Shown piece after piece: positions 1 to 10,300 of a DNA stretch of 64,000 bases (the first letter of the stretch is position 1; each line of letters begins with the position of its first letter). Position numbers and translations under genes: made by a program. A model generated the notes under the pieces. The model was not told where the DNA came from. It did not search any database and saw nothing but the letters and a program-made list of their open reading frames with translations. Origin of the DNA: Octopus sinensis (taxonomy: Eukaryota); NCBI RefSeq assembly GCF_006345805.1, contig NC_043012.1, positions 56,420,001-56,484,000 of the forward strand, read 5' to 3'.

Positions 1-823
1 AAGGACCAGTAGGGATGTTAGTTAAACTGAGAGTGGGATTAAGTCTACCACCCACATAGAACACAGTGGGATTTGAACTCAGGACAAAGAACCAAAGCAA
101 ACACCACAAGTCCTTTAATCTAATGCTCAAACGATTCTGCTAGTCACCATCTAGACTGTTAATTAATTAACCCCAGAAATATGAAAGACAGCATTGACCT
201 TGGTTGGATTTGAACTCAGATTGCAACAAACCAAAATTTGCAAGGTATTTTTATCCAGTGCTCTAATGATCCTACAATTTTACTAACCAAAATCTACAAT
301 TTTGGATATAAAATGTTATCAGTTGAAAAAAGTCTAATTTTGCAATAAACCATTTGTTATTTGAGCAACTTTAGGGGAAAATGTTAGGGAAAAATGTTGC
401 ATTCAAACCCAGCTAAAGGGAAGATATTGACTGAAACAGTGTTGACGAGATTAAAGGTTTAGAACAGTCATGAGCAAACTGTGGCCTTGATGACTTTCTA
501 AAAGGCAATGCCAATATTTTTTAGTGGTTCTGCTTCCTGATAAAGTTTGCCAAGCCTGATTAAGAAAATTTAAAACTACTGATGATGTGGCATTGCAGTT
601 GTGTCTGTGAGCAAGGCAGATAACTCTGCTTTCTCTAATTAGTTTCATTAAAATAAAAAACTCAAACAGGTTTTATTCCTAATGTATGGTTGAGTGGTTA
701 GTGATAGGGAAGGGCGTATAGTTGGAAAAAATCAATTGATTTAACATTATGATAAATCAAACAAGAACAAAACATCTCATCTAGTCATGCACTGGAAAAT
801 CAATCAATACAAAAATGCAAAAA

Positions 824-980
824 TAGCCAGGGCTGGTAAGCTGAAAGGCTGCACCAGACTCCAGTCTGATTTGCCATGGTTTTCTACAGCTGGATGCCAT
901 TCCTAACGCAAACCACTCCAAGAGTGTCATGGGTGCTTTCACGTGCCGCTGGCATGGGTGCCATTTGCATGACACCAGTA
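824..980 (-). mobile_element. Family D repeat (RTE 3' tail) fragment
   Basis: Reverse complement of a variant of the D core (TGGTTTGCGTTAGGAATGGCATCCAGCTGTAGAA). Confidence 0.75.
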
Positions 981-1135
981 TCTAAAACGACTGCAATTTT
1001 GCTCGGCTTGATATATATCCTATATAATTTTTATATATATATATATTCTGTAAATAATAATTATAAGCTTTGAACATTAACTGTGTATTGGCCACAGAAA
1101 ATAGTCTAATATTGGGGCATATAGGCCCTCAACAG

Positions 1136-1259
1136 AAAAAAGTGATTATTAGTACATGCGGGAATTGAACTCACACTTTTTATATTCGTGATAAGTGTAC
1201 TGACTGTGAATATAGGAGGTGGGAGTTTGATTCCCACGTGTAGTAATACCCACTTTTTT
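1136..1259. repeat. Imperfect 124-bp palindrome (MITE-like)
   Basis: AAAAAAGTGATTATTAGTACATGCGGGAATTGAACTC pairs with GAGTTTGATTCCCACGTGTAGTAATACCCACTTTTTT. Flanked by CAG on both sides. Confidence 0.65.
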
Positions 1260-1936
1260 CAGTCAAGTGCTTATTATTCACAGAATTTTCACTCATCACT
1301 GTTTCTTCATCTACTGCAGAACATATCTATATTTATTTATATTCAGATGAATATGGTAGTTAAGTTGAGGCACCAGAATTTAGTATGGTATTATCCATAC
1401 AATTTCAAAATAAGGTGGTTAAAATCACAGTTATGTTGTTGGTAAAATATGTTCTTTGTCTATCTATTTTGGGTAAAATTATACTAATGTGTCCTTCTAA
1501 TTTAATTAAATTCTATGTCTTTGTGCAGCTGAAGATTGCTCTACTCTTTAAATTGATGATATATTTATTTATATATACAATCTTCATCATTGTTTTTTAC
1601 ATATACTTTTCCATGCTTGCATGGAATTCATGGAGGCAGATTTTTTTTTTATTATATCTGGATGCCCTTCTTGTCACCAACTCTCATCTGTCATGAAGCA
1701 AAGTAATATTTCCTCATAGAAGCCATAAACAAAAAGGACATCACTTGTATGAATTACAATTATCACAAGATGTCGAGACAAGGAACCACACAGAGACACA
1801 CATTCAGTGAGCCTCTTTCAGTTTCCCTCCATGACATCCACTCACAATGCTTTGGTTGACTAGGAGCTATGCAGAAAGACACTTGCCAAAAGTGCCACAC
1901 AGTGGGACTCACCCAGAATCACATGGTTACAAAGCA

Positions 1937-2171
1937 TGAAGGCGGCGAGCTGGCAGAAACGTTAGCACGCCGGGCGAAATGCTTAGCAGTATTTCGTCTG
2001 CGTTACGTTGTGAGTTCAAATTCCGCTGAGGTCGACTTTGCCTTTCATCCTTTCGGGGTCGATAAATTAAGTACCAGTTACGCACTGGGGTCGATGTAAT
2101 CGACTTAATACCTATGTCTGTCCTTGTTTGTCCCCTCTGTGTTTAGCTCCTTGTGGGTAATAAAGAAATAC
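1937..2171 (+). mobile_element. Family B SINE (B1 tail), full length, nested in a minus-strand family A SINE
   Basis: tRNA-like head GGCGGCGAGCTGGCAGAAACGTTAG...GAGTTCAAATTCC; core GTCGACTTTGCCTTTCATCCTTTCGGGGTCGATAAATTAAGTACCAG (resembles the Meta/MESC-type SINE core). 11-bp TSD GTTACAAAGCA at 1926-1936 and 2172-2182. Confidence 0.88.
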
Positions 2172-2444
2172 GTTACAAAGCAAATCTTTTAACCACACAG
2201 CTATGCCTACAACTACTTCAGGTTTTGGTTAGCTCAAGACTACAGTAAAAGACAATTGCTTACAGGGCTCTACGAAGGGACAGCACCTACAACAACAGGG
2301 TTGAGAGGTGAACTTCTTCACCAAACAGCCATGTATGCAAGCACACACACACACACACATATTTCATCTTTGTATTTGGTTTGCAAGATTCCTGATGTGA
2401 ATTTGTGTGTTGGAACAAATTTTGTTGTCTTGGGAGAGTCATTA

Positions 2445-2749
2445 TGCCAATAATAATAACACACAGAGGTTCAATTTCACTTCTATACTATTAGTCAACT
2501 GGTTAATTATCTAACCAACTAACTGATCAATCGTTTGTTTAGCGTGTTGGTTAAACAATCAATCGGTAAAGCAGACCCTGGCGTAAGTAGGGAGTCGTGT
2601 GTCACTAAAAAGATTGCAAACAGCAATGAAAGAACTTTGATGGACAAACAAACAACTGATTGATTGTTTAAGGAAGCTAAACAAACAAATTAATTGACTA
2701 ATAATAAAGAAGTGGAACTGAACTTGTGCATGTGTTATTATTATTGGCA
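2445..2749. mobile_element. Fold-back element
   Basis: TGCCAATAATAATAACAC...GTGTTATTATTATTGGCA termini with longer imperfect inverted arms. The left flank matches the repeats at 19141 and 28795. Confidence 0.6.
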
Positions 2750-2837
2750 CCTTGGGCAAGTGTCTTCAACTATAGCCTTGGGCCAACCAAAGCCTTGTGA
2801 GTGGATTTAGTAGATGGAAACTGAAAGAAGCCTGTTG

Positions 2838-2880
<43 letters not shown>

Positions 2881-3090
2881 CTATATGCTTGTGTGCCTGT
2901 GTTTGTCCCTCCAACATCGCTTGACAACCAATGGTGGTGTGTTTATGTCCCCGTAACTTAGCAGTTCGGCAAAAGAGACCGATAGAATAAGTACTAAGCT
3001 TACAAAGAATAAGTCCTGGGGTTGTTTTGCTCGACTAAAGGCAGTGCTCCAGCATGGCCGCAGTCAAATGATTAAAAAGAGTAAAGAGTA
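2746..3090 (+). mobile_element. Family A SINE, head missing
   Basis: GGCACCTTGGGCAAGTGTCTT...(TA)n...GATAGAATAAGTACT...CCAGCATGGCCGCAGTCAAATG and an AAAAGAGT tail. Confidence 0.85.
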
Positions 3091-3435
3091 TAATGACTGT
3101 CTCAAGACACAACAAAATATGTATATATACAGGTGGGTATATATCTTTCAGATACATATCAATAACGGATATAAACATCAGAAGCATAAACAAATTTTTA
3201 AAAAATCAATGCTTTACAAAGTCCCTCAAGATATTTGTTCTGCATCCAGTTCCAGACACTCTCTTGCCACCTCATCATCAGAAATGCAGTGAACCTGTGA
3301 TTGGGTTCTTAGAAACATATATCACAAATGTTCACCAATTGTAATACTGAACAAAAATGCCAAATAAACTTCATATAATGATATATAAAATATCAATATG
3401 ATGTTGCTTAGCCCGAGGTCTTCCTTGCTTGAGCA

Positions 3436-4011
3436 CAGTAGTTCTCAATCGTTTTTTACCAATGGACTGCTTTGATTCTTATTTTACTTGGGTGGACACT
3501 CATAACCATTTGATGTTTAAAAAAATCCCATTATAATTTTAGAATTAAACAATATTAGGAATTGCATTAGAAAAAAAAATATATATTAGGAGTGGCTGTG
3601 TGGTAAGTAGTTTGCTTATGAACAACATTGTTCCAGGTTCAGTCCCATTGCGTGGCACCTTGGGCAAGTGTCTTCTACTATAGCCTCGGGCCGACCAAAG
3701 CCTTGTGAGTGGATTTGGTAGATGGAAACTGAAAGAAGCCTGTCGTATATATATGTGTGTGTGTATGTGTTTGTCCCCCCCCCCAACATTGCTTGACAAC
3801 CGATAGAATAAGTACTAGGCTTACAAAGAATAAGTCCTGGGGTCGATTTGCTCGACTAAAAGGTGGTGCTCCAGTATGGCCACAGTCAAATGATTGAAAC
3901 AAGTAAAAGAGTAAAGAGTATATTTGGGTGTATTGTAGAGGTATAAGCAATTTATTGCACATAAATTTTAACAAGAAAATATCTTATATGGACCCTAGTT
4001 GAGAACCAATG
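3436..4011. mobile_element. hAT/Charlie-like MITE interrupted by a family A SINE (3588-3919)
   Basis: TIRs CAGTAGTTCTCAA / TTGAGAACCAATG; decayed 8-bp flanks CTTGAGCA / CTATAACA. A related fragment lies at about 31135-31227. Confidence 0.55.
3588..3919 (+). mobile_element. Family A tRNA-derived SINE
   Basis: Head AGGAGTGGCTGTGTGGTAAG...GGTTCAGTCCC, internal (TG)n, AAAAGAGT tail. Confidence 0.88.
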
Positions 4012-4234
4012 CTATAACACATCTATGATTAAAGATGCTCCAGCCATGACCAGACTGACTTTTTTCCAGACACACTATACCTAAGACAACATTATCCAAT
4101 GTCACTTTTTAAAAAAATATTGTTGGGTGTAATTTGAGGGGCATTTGCCTGTTATTTCTAGCATGTTGAGCGATTGTATAAAGGCTTGTAATATATCACT
4201 ATTGATGATTTTTTTAATTAAAATATATAATTAC

Positions 4235-4333
4235 CTGACCAGTAGTTGCACCATTTGTCTTCCTCAAAGCATCTCGAAATGATGCAATCTCTTTCTTTAG
4301 GTATCTATCCAGTTCATCTGATGAAACACGAAC
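4235..4333 (-). CDS. ATG101: ATG101 coding exon 5 (99 bp, phase 0/0)
   Basis: Encodes VRVSSDELDRYLKKEIASFRDALRKTNGATTGQ. Acceptor AG at 4334-4335; donor GTAA at 4234. Confidence 0.93.
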
Positions 4334-7300
4334 CTATAAAAAGACGAAAATTACCATTTTAGAATCACACAACAAGCTACTAAGTCTTGAAAGGGGTAAT
4401 TTAAATTAACTGTAGCTTATAATATGAACAAACAAATAGGATTTCTCACTAAAATAAAGAAGATAATGATAAAAACAAAGTTTTACTTAAGGCAAAAGAA
4501 ACAAAATATGTTAATTATTCTCTGTGTTTGTAACAGAGATGTCGATGTAAGTAGAGATATAGGTCATACAGTAATATAGTTTGGTGGTGGTGGTGTTGGA
4601 AGGTGTATAACTATGTGATGTTAATGCAGTATTAATACAGGTGTAGTGTGGTTGTGTGGTAAGAAGTTTGCTTTCCAACCACATGGATACAGGTTCAGTC
4701 TCACTATGTGGCACTTGGACAAGTGTGTACTACTATAGCTTTGGGCTGACCAAAGCCTTGAGTAGATTTGATAGACAAATTGAAACAAGCCTGTTATATA
4801 TATATATATATATCTGTGTGTGTGTGTATGTGTTTGTCCCCACCACCACTTGACAATAGGTGCTGGTATGTTTACGTCCCCGTAACTTAGTAGTTCAGCA
4901 AAAATGATTGATAGAATGAGTACCAAGCTTAAGAAAAGACTAAGTACTGGGGTCAATTCATTTGACTAAAAAGAAATTCTTCAAGTGGTACTCCAGTATG
5001 GCCACAGTCTAATGACTGAAGCAAGTAAACGAAAAAAAAAAAAAGAAGTTGGAAATATTTTTGCAAAAGAAGGATGGGTCAGAATGGGTGGGGGTGGGAG
5101 TGTTGGGTTCAGAAATAAAATACTGCAAAAAAAAAATTCTTTAAACTGTTTTGGTAAATGTAGGTGTTTGGGTGTGATGAATTGTGATAAACAATCAGGC
5201 AGTTGAGTGAGTCAGTAGTTTTAAATAGTGGAAAGGCAGTAGGGAGTGAATATTTGGCAAGTTTAAAAAGAGCACATTTAAAAGTTGTTGCATTGCCAAA
5301 AGAGTGAATGTGACAATGTAACAATAGAAGGAAGTGGAGGAGGAGGAAGACAGTGTAACTGTTGTACTACCATTAAAAAAGTTATAAAACGATGTCACCC
5401 TTTTCAAGCCTAGCTAGGCTCATGGGCCCGGTTTCCTGGTTTCTGTGGCGTGTGTTCCTCCCAGCTGGACAGGACGCCAGGCCATCGCAGCGTTACTCAA
5501 GAAACAGGAATGAGAGAGTGAGAGAAAGTTGTGGCAAAAGAGTACAACAGGGGTCACCACCACCCCCTGCCGGAGCCTCGTGGAGCTTTTAGGTGTTTTC
5601 GCTCAATAAACACACACAACGCCCAGTCTGGGGATTGAAACCACAATTCTCCGACTGCGAGTCCGCTGCCCTAACCACTGGGCCATTGCATCTCCACTAA
5701 AAAAAGTTATACCAATCTCATAAACTTTTTGGTTTCTTTCCCTTACAACAACACTGACACTTTCCAAACTTCTCCAAAACACAGATTTTAGTTTCACAAG
5801 CACATAATGTTATTGTTGTAGGAATTATATGGGGCAGCAGAACACCAGAAGTTTCATCCTTCACTGTTCTGAATTCTAACCTTTCTGTCTGTTTACATCC
5901 AAACTGGTTAATCAAAAGAATGCCAAGCATGCTAACGTTGATTTCATTCTATTATTGTAGAGTCACTTCAGATGATGAGGTGGTCAAATTGAAAATCTTC
6001 CTTCGTTGTGCTCACAATACAAGAGTTTTAATTTGCCATTAATAATTCCTCTACACTTTGATACCAAATGCATCTCTTGAAAATTCTTCAGTGTCATGAG
6101 TCTTTTCAATCCTTACTCTGTAAGTGTGTGTAAAAATGATAAGAAAGCAAGCCAAAATTTTAACAAATTGGGTTTCGATTCCCTATCTTGATCAGCAATT
6201 TACTTTTGAATCAATTTACTTTTCCAATGGATAAGTTTTTCTAATGTTTGCAATCTTCGAAGCCATCCAGATGCCTTAATTCTTAGAATTCCAAACTCTG
6301 TCCACTTGAGCACTCACCTGATTACTGAATGATATTTGTTTTTCACTGCCTGACTGGCCCTCGTGTCGGTGGCACACAAAAGCACCCACTACACTCTCGG
6401 AGTGGTTGGCATTATGAAGGGCATCCAGCTGTAGAAACTCTGTCAGATCAGATTGGAGCCTGGTGCAGCCATCTGGTTTGCCAGTCCTCAGTCAAATCGT
6501 CCAACCCATGCTAGCATGGAAAGCGGACGTTAAACGATGATGATGATTATTATTTAATGTCCGACTGGCAATGGCTACTGGCTTTTCCACTGTGTACACT
6601 ATGTGCAGCCATTTAGCTAGAGCCTCCATCCTTGACTTCAAAAAACAGCTCTTAAAACATTTATATTCATTGCACTGGAATCACTTGTTACACAGGTGAA
6701 AGATCCCCATATTTATACAACTATATATAAACATATATAAATGAATCAACATACCCATTATCAACTTTGATGATGAGTGTTCCCGTCTTACAACTTACAA
6801 AACTACTTACTTTCTGAATTTTAGTGTAACTGGCTGAATATTCCACAGAAACTTGTACTCTTAATGTAATTCTAAGGTAGAATCAGCATAGCACTGCATG
6901 ACAAAGCTAGACCTATGAATTATAAAGACAGTTCAATCAATGGATTACAAACGTTCTTTCAACCCAGTTTTATTCACAAGGCTTGGGCTGACCCAAGGAA
7001 GACATGGAAAGAAGTGGTGGAAGCTGATCTCAAGAGTCTGAAGCTAACAAATGAGATGACAATGAATCACAACAAATGATGAGACACTGAGAAAGAGAAG
7101 GCCCTTCTAACTATTACAAGTATAGAAAAGCAGGGAAGGTAATGATGACGGTGACAATGATGATGATACACATGAAAACAATACAATACTTACATATGTA
7201 AAGTCAATGAAATCGCAATCTATATCTGTCATACCAACTGTCCCAATTGAATATCCATCCTCTCGCCATGTAAACTGAAAATAAAACAGAAAAAATACTT

Positions 7301-10300
7301 TAATTTTGAGTTCATGATTTTCAGTGCATGAATCAAAGAGAAGATTCAATAAGACATTTCTTTAGACTTAAAGAAAAAGGAACAATCTCTAAATTTTAAT
7401 AAACTGGAAAAGACACTACACAAATATAACATTAAATTCTAGGCCCTTATGTACCATAACATGGGGGTTATGAACTGATAAAGAGTTGGACAACTGACCA
7501 AATGTTCACCAATTCTAGCTTCAGTTTCACAACTATGCAGGGCACATAACTAACTCTAACATATGTGTGTGTGTATTTTTCTTTGATATTTATTTAAGTC
7601 TTCTTCATAGAATTCAAGCTAATCACTAACAAAATGACAAGGCTTTTTTTGTCTAAGTCTAGAAGAGTCCCATGGATTTGTAAATAAGTAAGTTATTGTG
7701 CACATACTATCATTCAAGTAATGGGTGCACATCTTTTTAGAACAAAGTGTGTGTGAGAGACACCTCCTTATGTATGCCACATGTGATCCATCCTCATCAT
7801 CAACATTGTGTATAATCATTCCAAGAAACTCAAATGGAGAATATTTGGAATGTTTATATATATATAAATATATATTTTACCCTTATGGGGCTATCTTTTA
7901 CTGGAAAGTAATACATTTGTATTGCATTATTATTTTCATTGAAATTTCTTCACTGTTCTCGTTCTGTTAACGTTTTGGCGTTCAGATGAGTATACTGGCA
8001 TTGATGTGGCAACATTTGAAATCTTGTCTAGGTAAATGCAGCTGATGAAGACTAATCAAATTTACGTTGTCAAACGTATTTGAAGAGTTAGAAACCGGTC
8101 CTGCATTATCCGATTCTAGGTTGTCCATTTATCGAATGTTCTTCCTAGAGGTAAGACAAATTTTTTTCATGTTTGTTGCACACACGCGTCTTTGCCAGTA
8201 TATACGCAGTGAAGTTATACAATAGCGTCGTATTTATTACGATTGTTACTTTCCAGTAAATATTGGTGCCTTGTACCATTTATCTACTTTTATATATATA
8301 TATAAACACATATATGTACATACACACACACACACATACATATTATATAATGCAAGATATGAATTTCCTTTTATAACAGACAAATAATGGGTAATTATAT
8401 CATGAAACTGGAAATTAAAACAATCAAGAAAGCAAAGTGTTTATTTTGCCTTTTTATCGACAATAATTAATAACCCATTTTCTAACTTTAATACTTCATT
8501 GATATTAATTAATGCAAGGAATGAAAAAGAAACACATTTTTCTTGTAGATAATATTATTTTAATGAAAAAACAACCCCAAGAAAACAAAGCGTTTGTATA
8601 ATTTTCTTTTGTATCAACAATAATTAATAATCTATTTTCTAACTTCAATAATGCATCACTTATATTAAAGCAAAGAATGAAAAACAACATTTTTCTCTTC
8701 GTTTTTTTTTTTGCTGATGATGATATATTATTTTAAAGGAGAAAGAAGATTTATTGATCATAAATAAAAGAAAATACTTACTTTTCCTAATGTTCTATGG
8801 AAAAGTAAAGCATGAAAAATGCCTGCAAGAAAATATAACACATTATCAAAATATGCTAAATATCAATATAAACATAATTCAATGTTCTTTATTATAATTG
8901 CTTGTGAACAAATTTCTTAAATTACAGAGAGGTACTTGCATAGCAAGTGACCTGATCTGAGATCATGTGGCTTATAAAACACCTTCCATGCTGAAATTTC
9001 TTTAAAATATATAGCAATAGCTAAGTTAGTGCTAACATAGTCAATACATAAGCAATTATAAAGTGAACTAAAATAATTATAGTAGTCAATCATCATCATC
9101 ACCATTTAACGTCCGTTTTCCTTGCTGGCATGGGTTAGATGGTTTGACAGAGCCCAATGAGTCACAGAATTTGTCAGGCACCGATGCCAGCTTTGGTGTT
9201 GTTAATACCAAAGAATTAAATATAGGTTAAGGCATGGCTGTGTGGTAAGAAGCTTGCTTCTTGAACATGTGGTTCTGGGTTCAGCCCCACTGCATGACAC
9301 CTTGGGCAAGTGTTTTCTATGATAGCCTCTGGCTGACCAAAGCCTTGTGAGTGAATTTGGTAAATAGAAACTGAAAGAAGCCTTCCATATGTGTGTGTGA
9401 GTGTGTGTTTTTGTCCCACACCACTGCTTGATGACTGGCATTGGTGAGTTTACATCTCCATGACTTAGCAGGTAGGCAAAAGAGTCCAATAGAAAAAAGT
9501 ACCAGGATTAAAAACAAAATAAGTATTGGGTTGATTCATCGACAAAAAAATGGCTACAGTCTCATAACTGAAACAAGTAAAAGATAAATATTTTCCTTGT
9601 AAAAAAGAAAGATTAGTTAAAGACTAATAGTAATTTCAATTTTTAGGCAAGTACAGGGGACAACATCAGATATGCTTCACCTTACAAATGCACAGCTTTG
9701 AGTAGAATAGATGCAAATCTGTTCTACATATTTTATTTATTTTATATCATGTATTTTGTGAGCAGTAGCATCATTCAGCATAGATTTCCATTGAGCATTT
9801 CTGGTGGCAAGAAAGACCAAAGACATGTCTGTGCGCACTGCTGAGACCCCCTTCAGTCATAACTGACCGTGGGATTGCACCTAGAAAGTAGCCTCCCAGG
9901 CACAAGTCCGGGCAAGGTTGTTTATGAAAGACCACAGCAGTCACCCATGCATACTGGCCTCCCCTCTCCACGCCACCGATGTTATCCAAGGGAAAGGCAA
10001 AGGCCGATACAGCTTGGTACCTGTGACGTCGCAACTCATTTCTATAGTTTAGTGAACTGGAGCAACATGAAATAAAGTGTCTTGCTCAAGAACACAATAC
10101 GCAGCCCGGTCTGGGATTCGAACTCACAACCTCACGATTGTAAACTCGAAACTCTAACCACTGAGCCATACACCTGTGCAACTAATGGAAAATAAATAGC
10201 TCATTTCAGTGCCATGTCAAAATCACCTGTGCCAGTGCCACATAAAAAGCACCTGTTCCAGTGCCACATGATAAGCACTCATTGTCAGTGCCACATAGAA

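Noticed and set aside
3228-3296. Minus-strand CAG|VHCISDDEVARECLELDAEQIS* as an alternative terminal ATG101 exon, or an ATGATGA C-box snoRNA
   Set aside because: Poor pyrimidine tract, no homology, and no convincing D box or terminal stem. The similar GATGATGAGGTGG at about 5970 is on the other strand and short enough to be chance.
1-4234. ATG101 exon 6 onward (SLEFYQ..WPF..WEVW)
   Set aside because: No matching minus-strand sequence found by eye; probably left of the window.
8460-8745. ~155-bp imperfect tandem duplication next to ATG101 exon 3
   Set aside because: Real but AT-rich and does not include the exon or splice sites; no sign of function.
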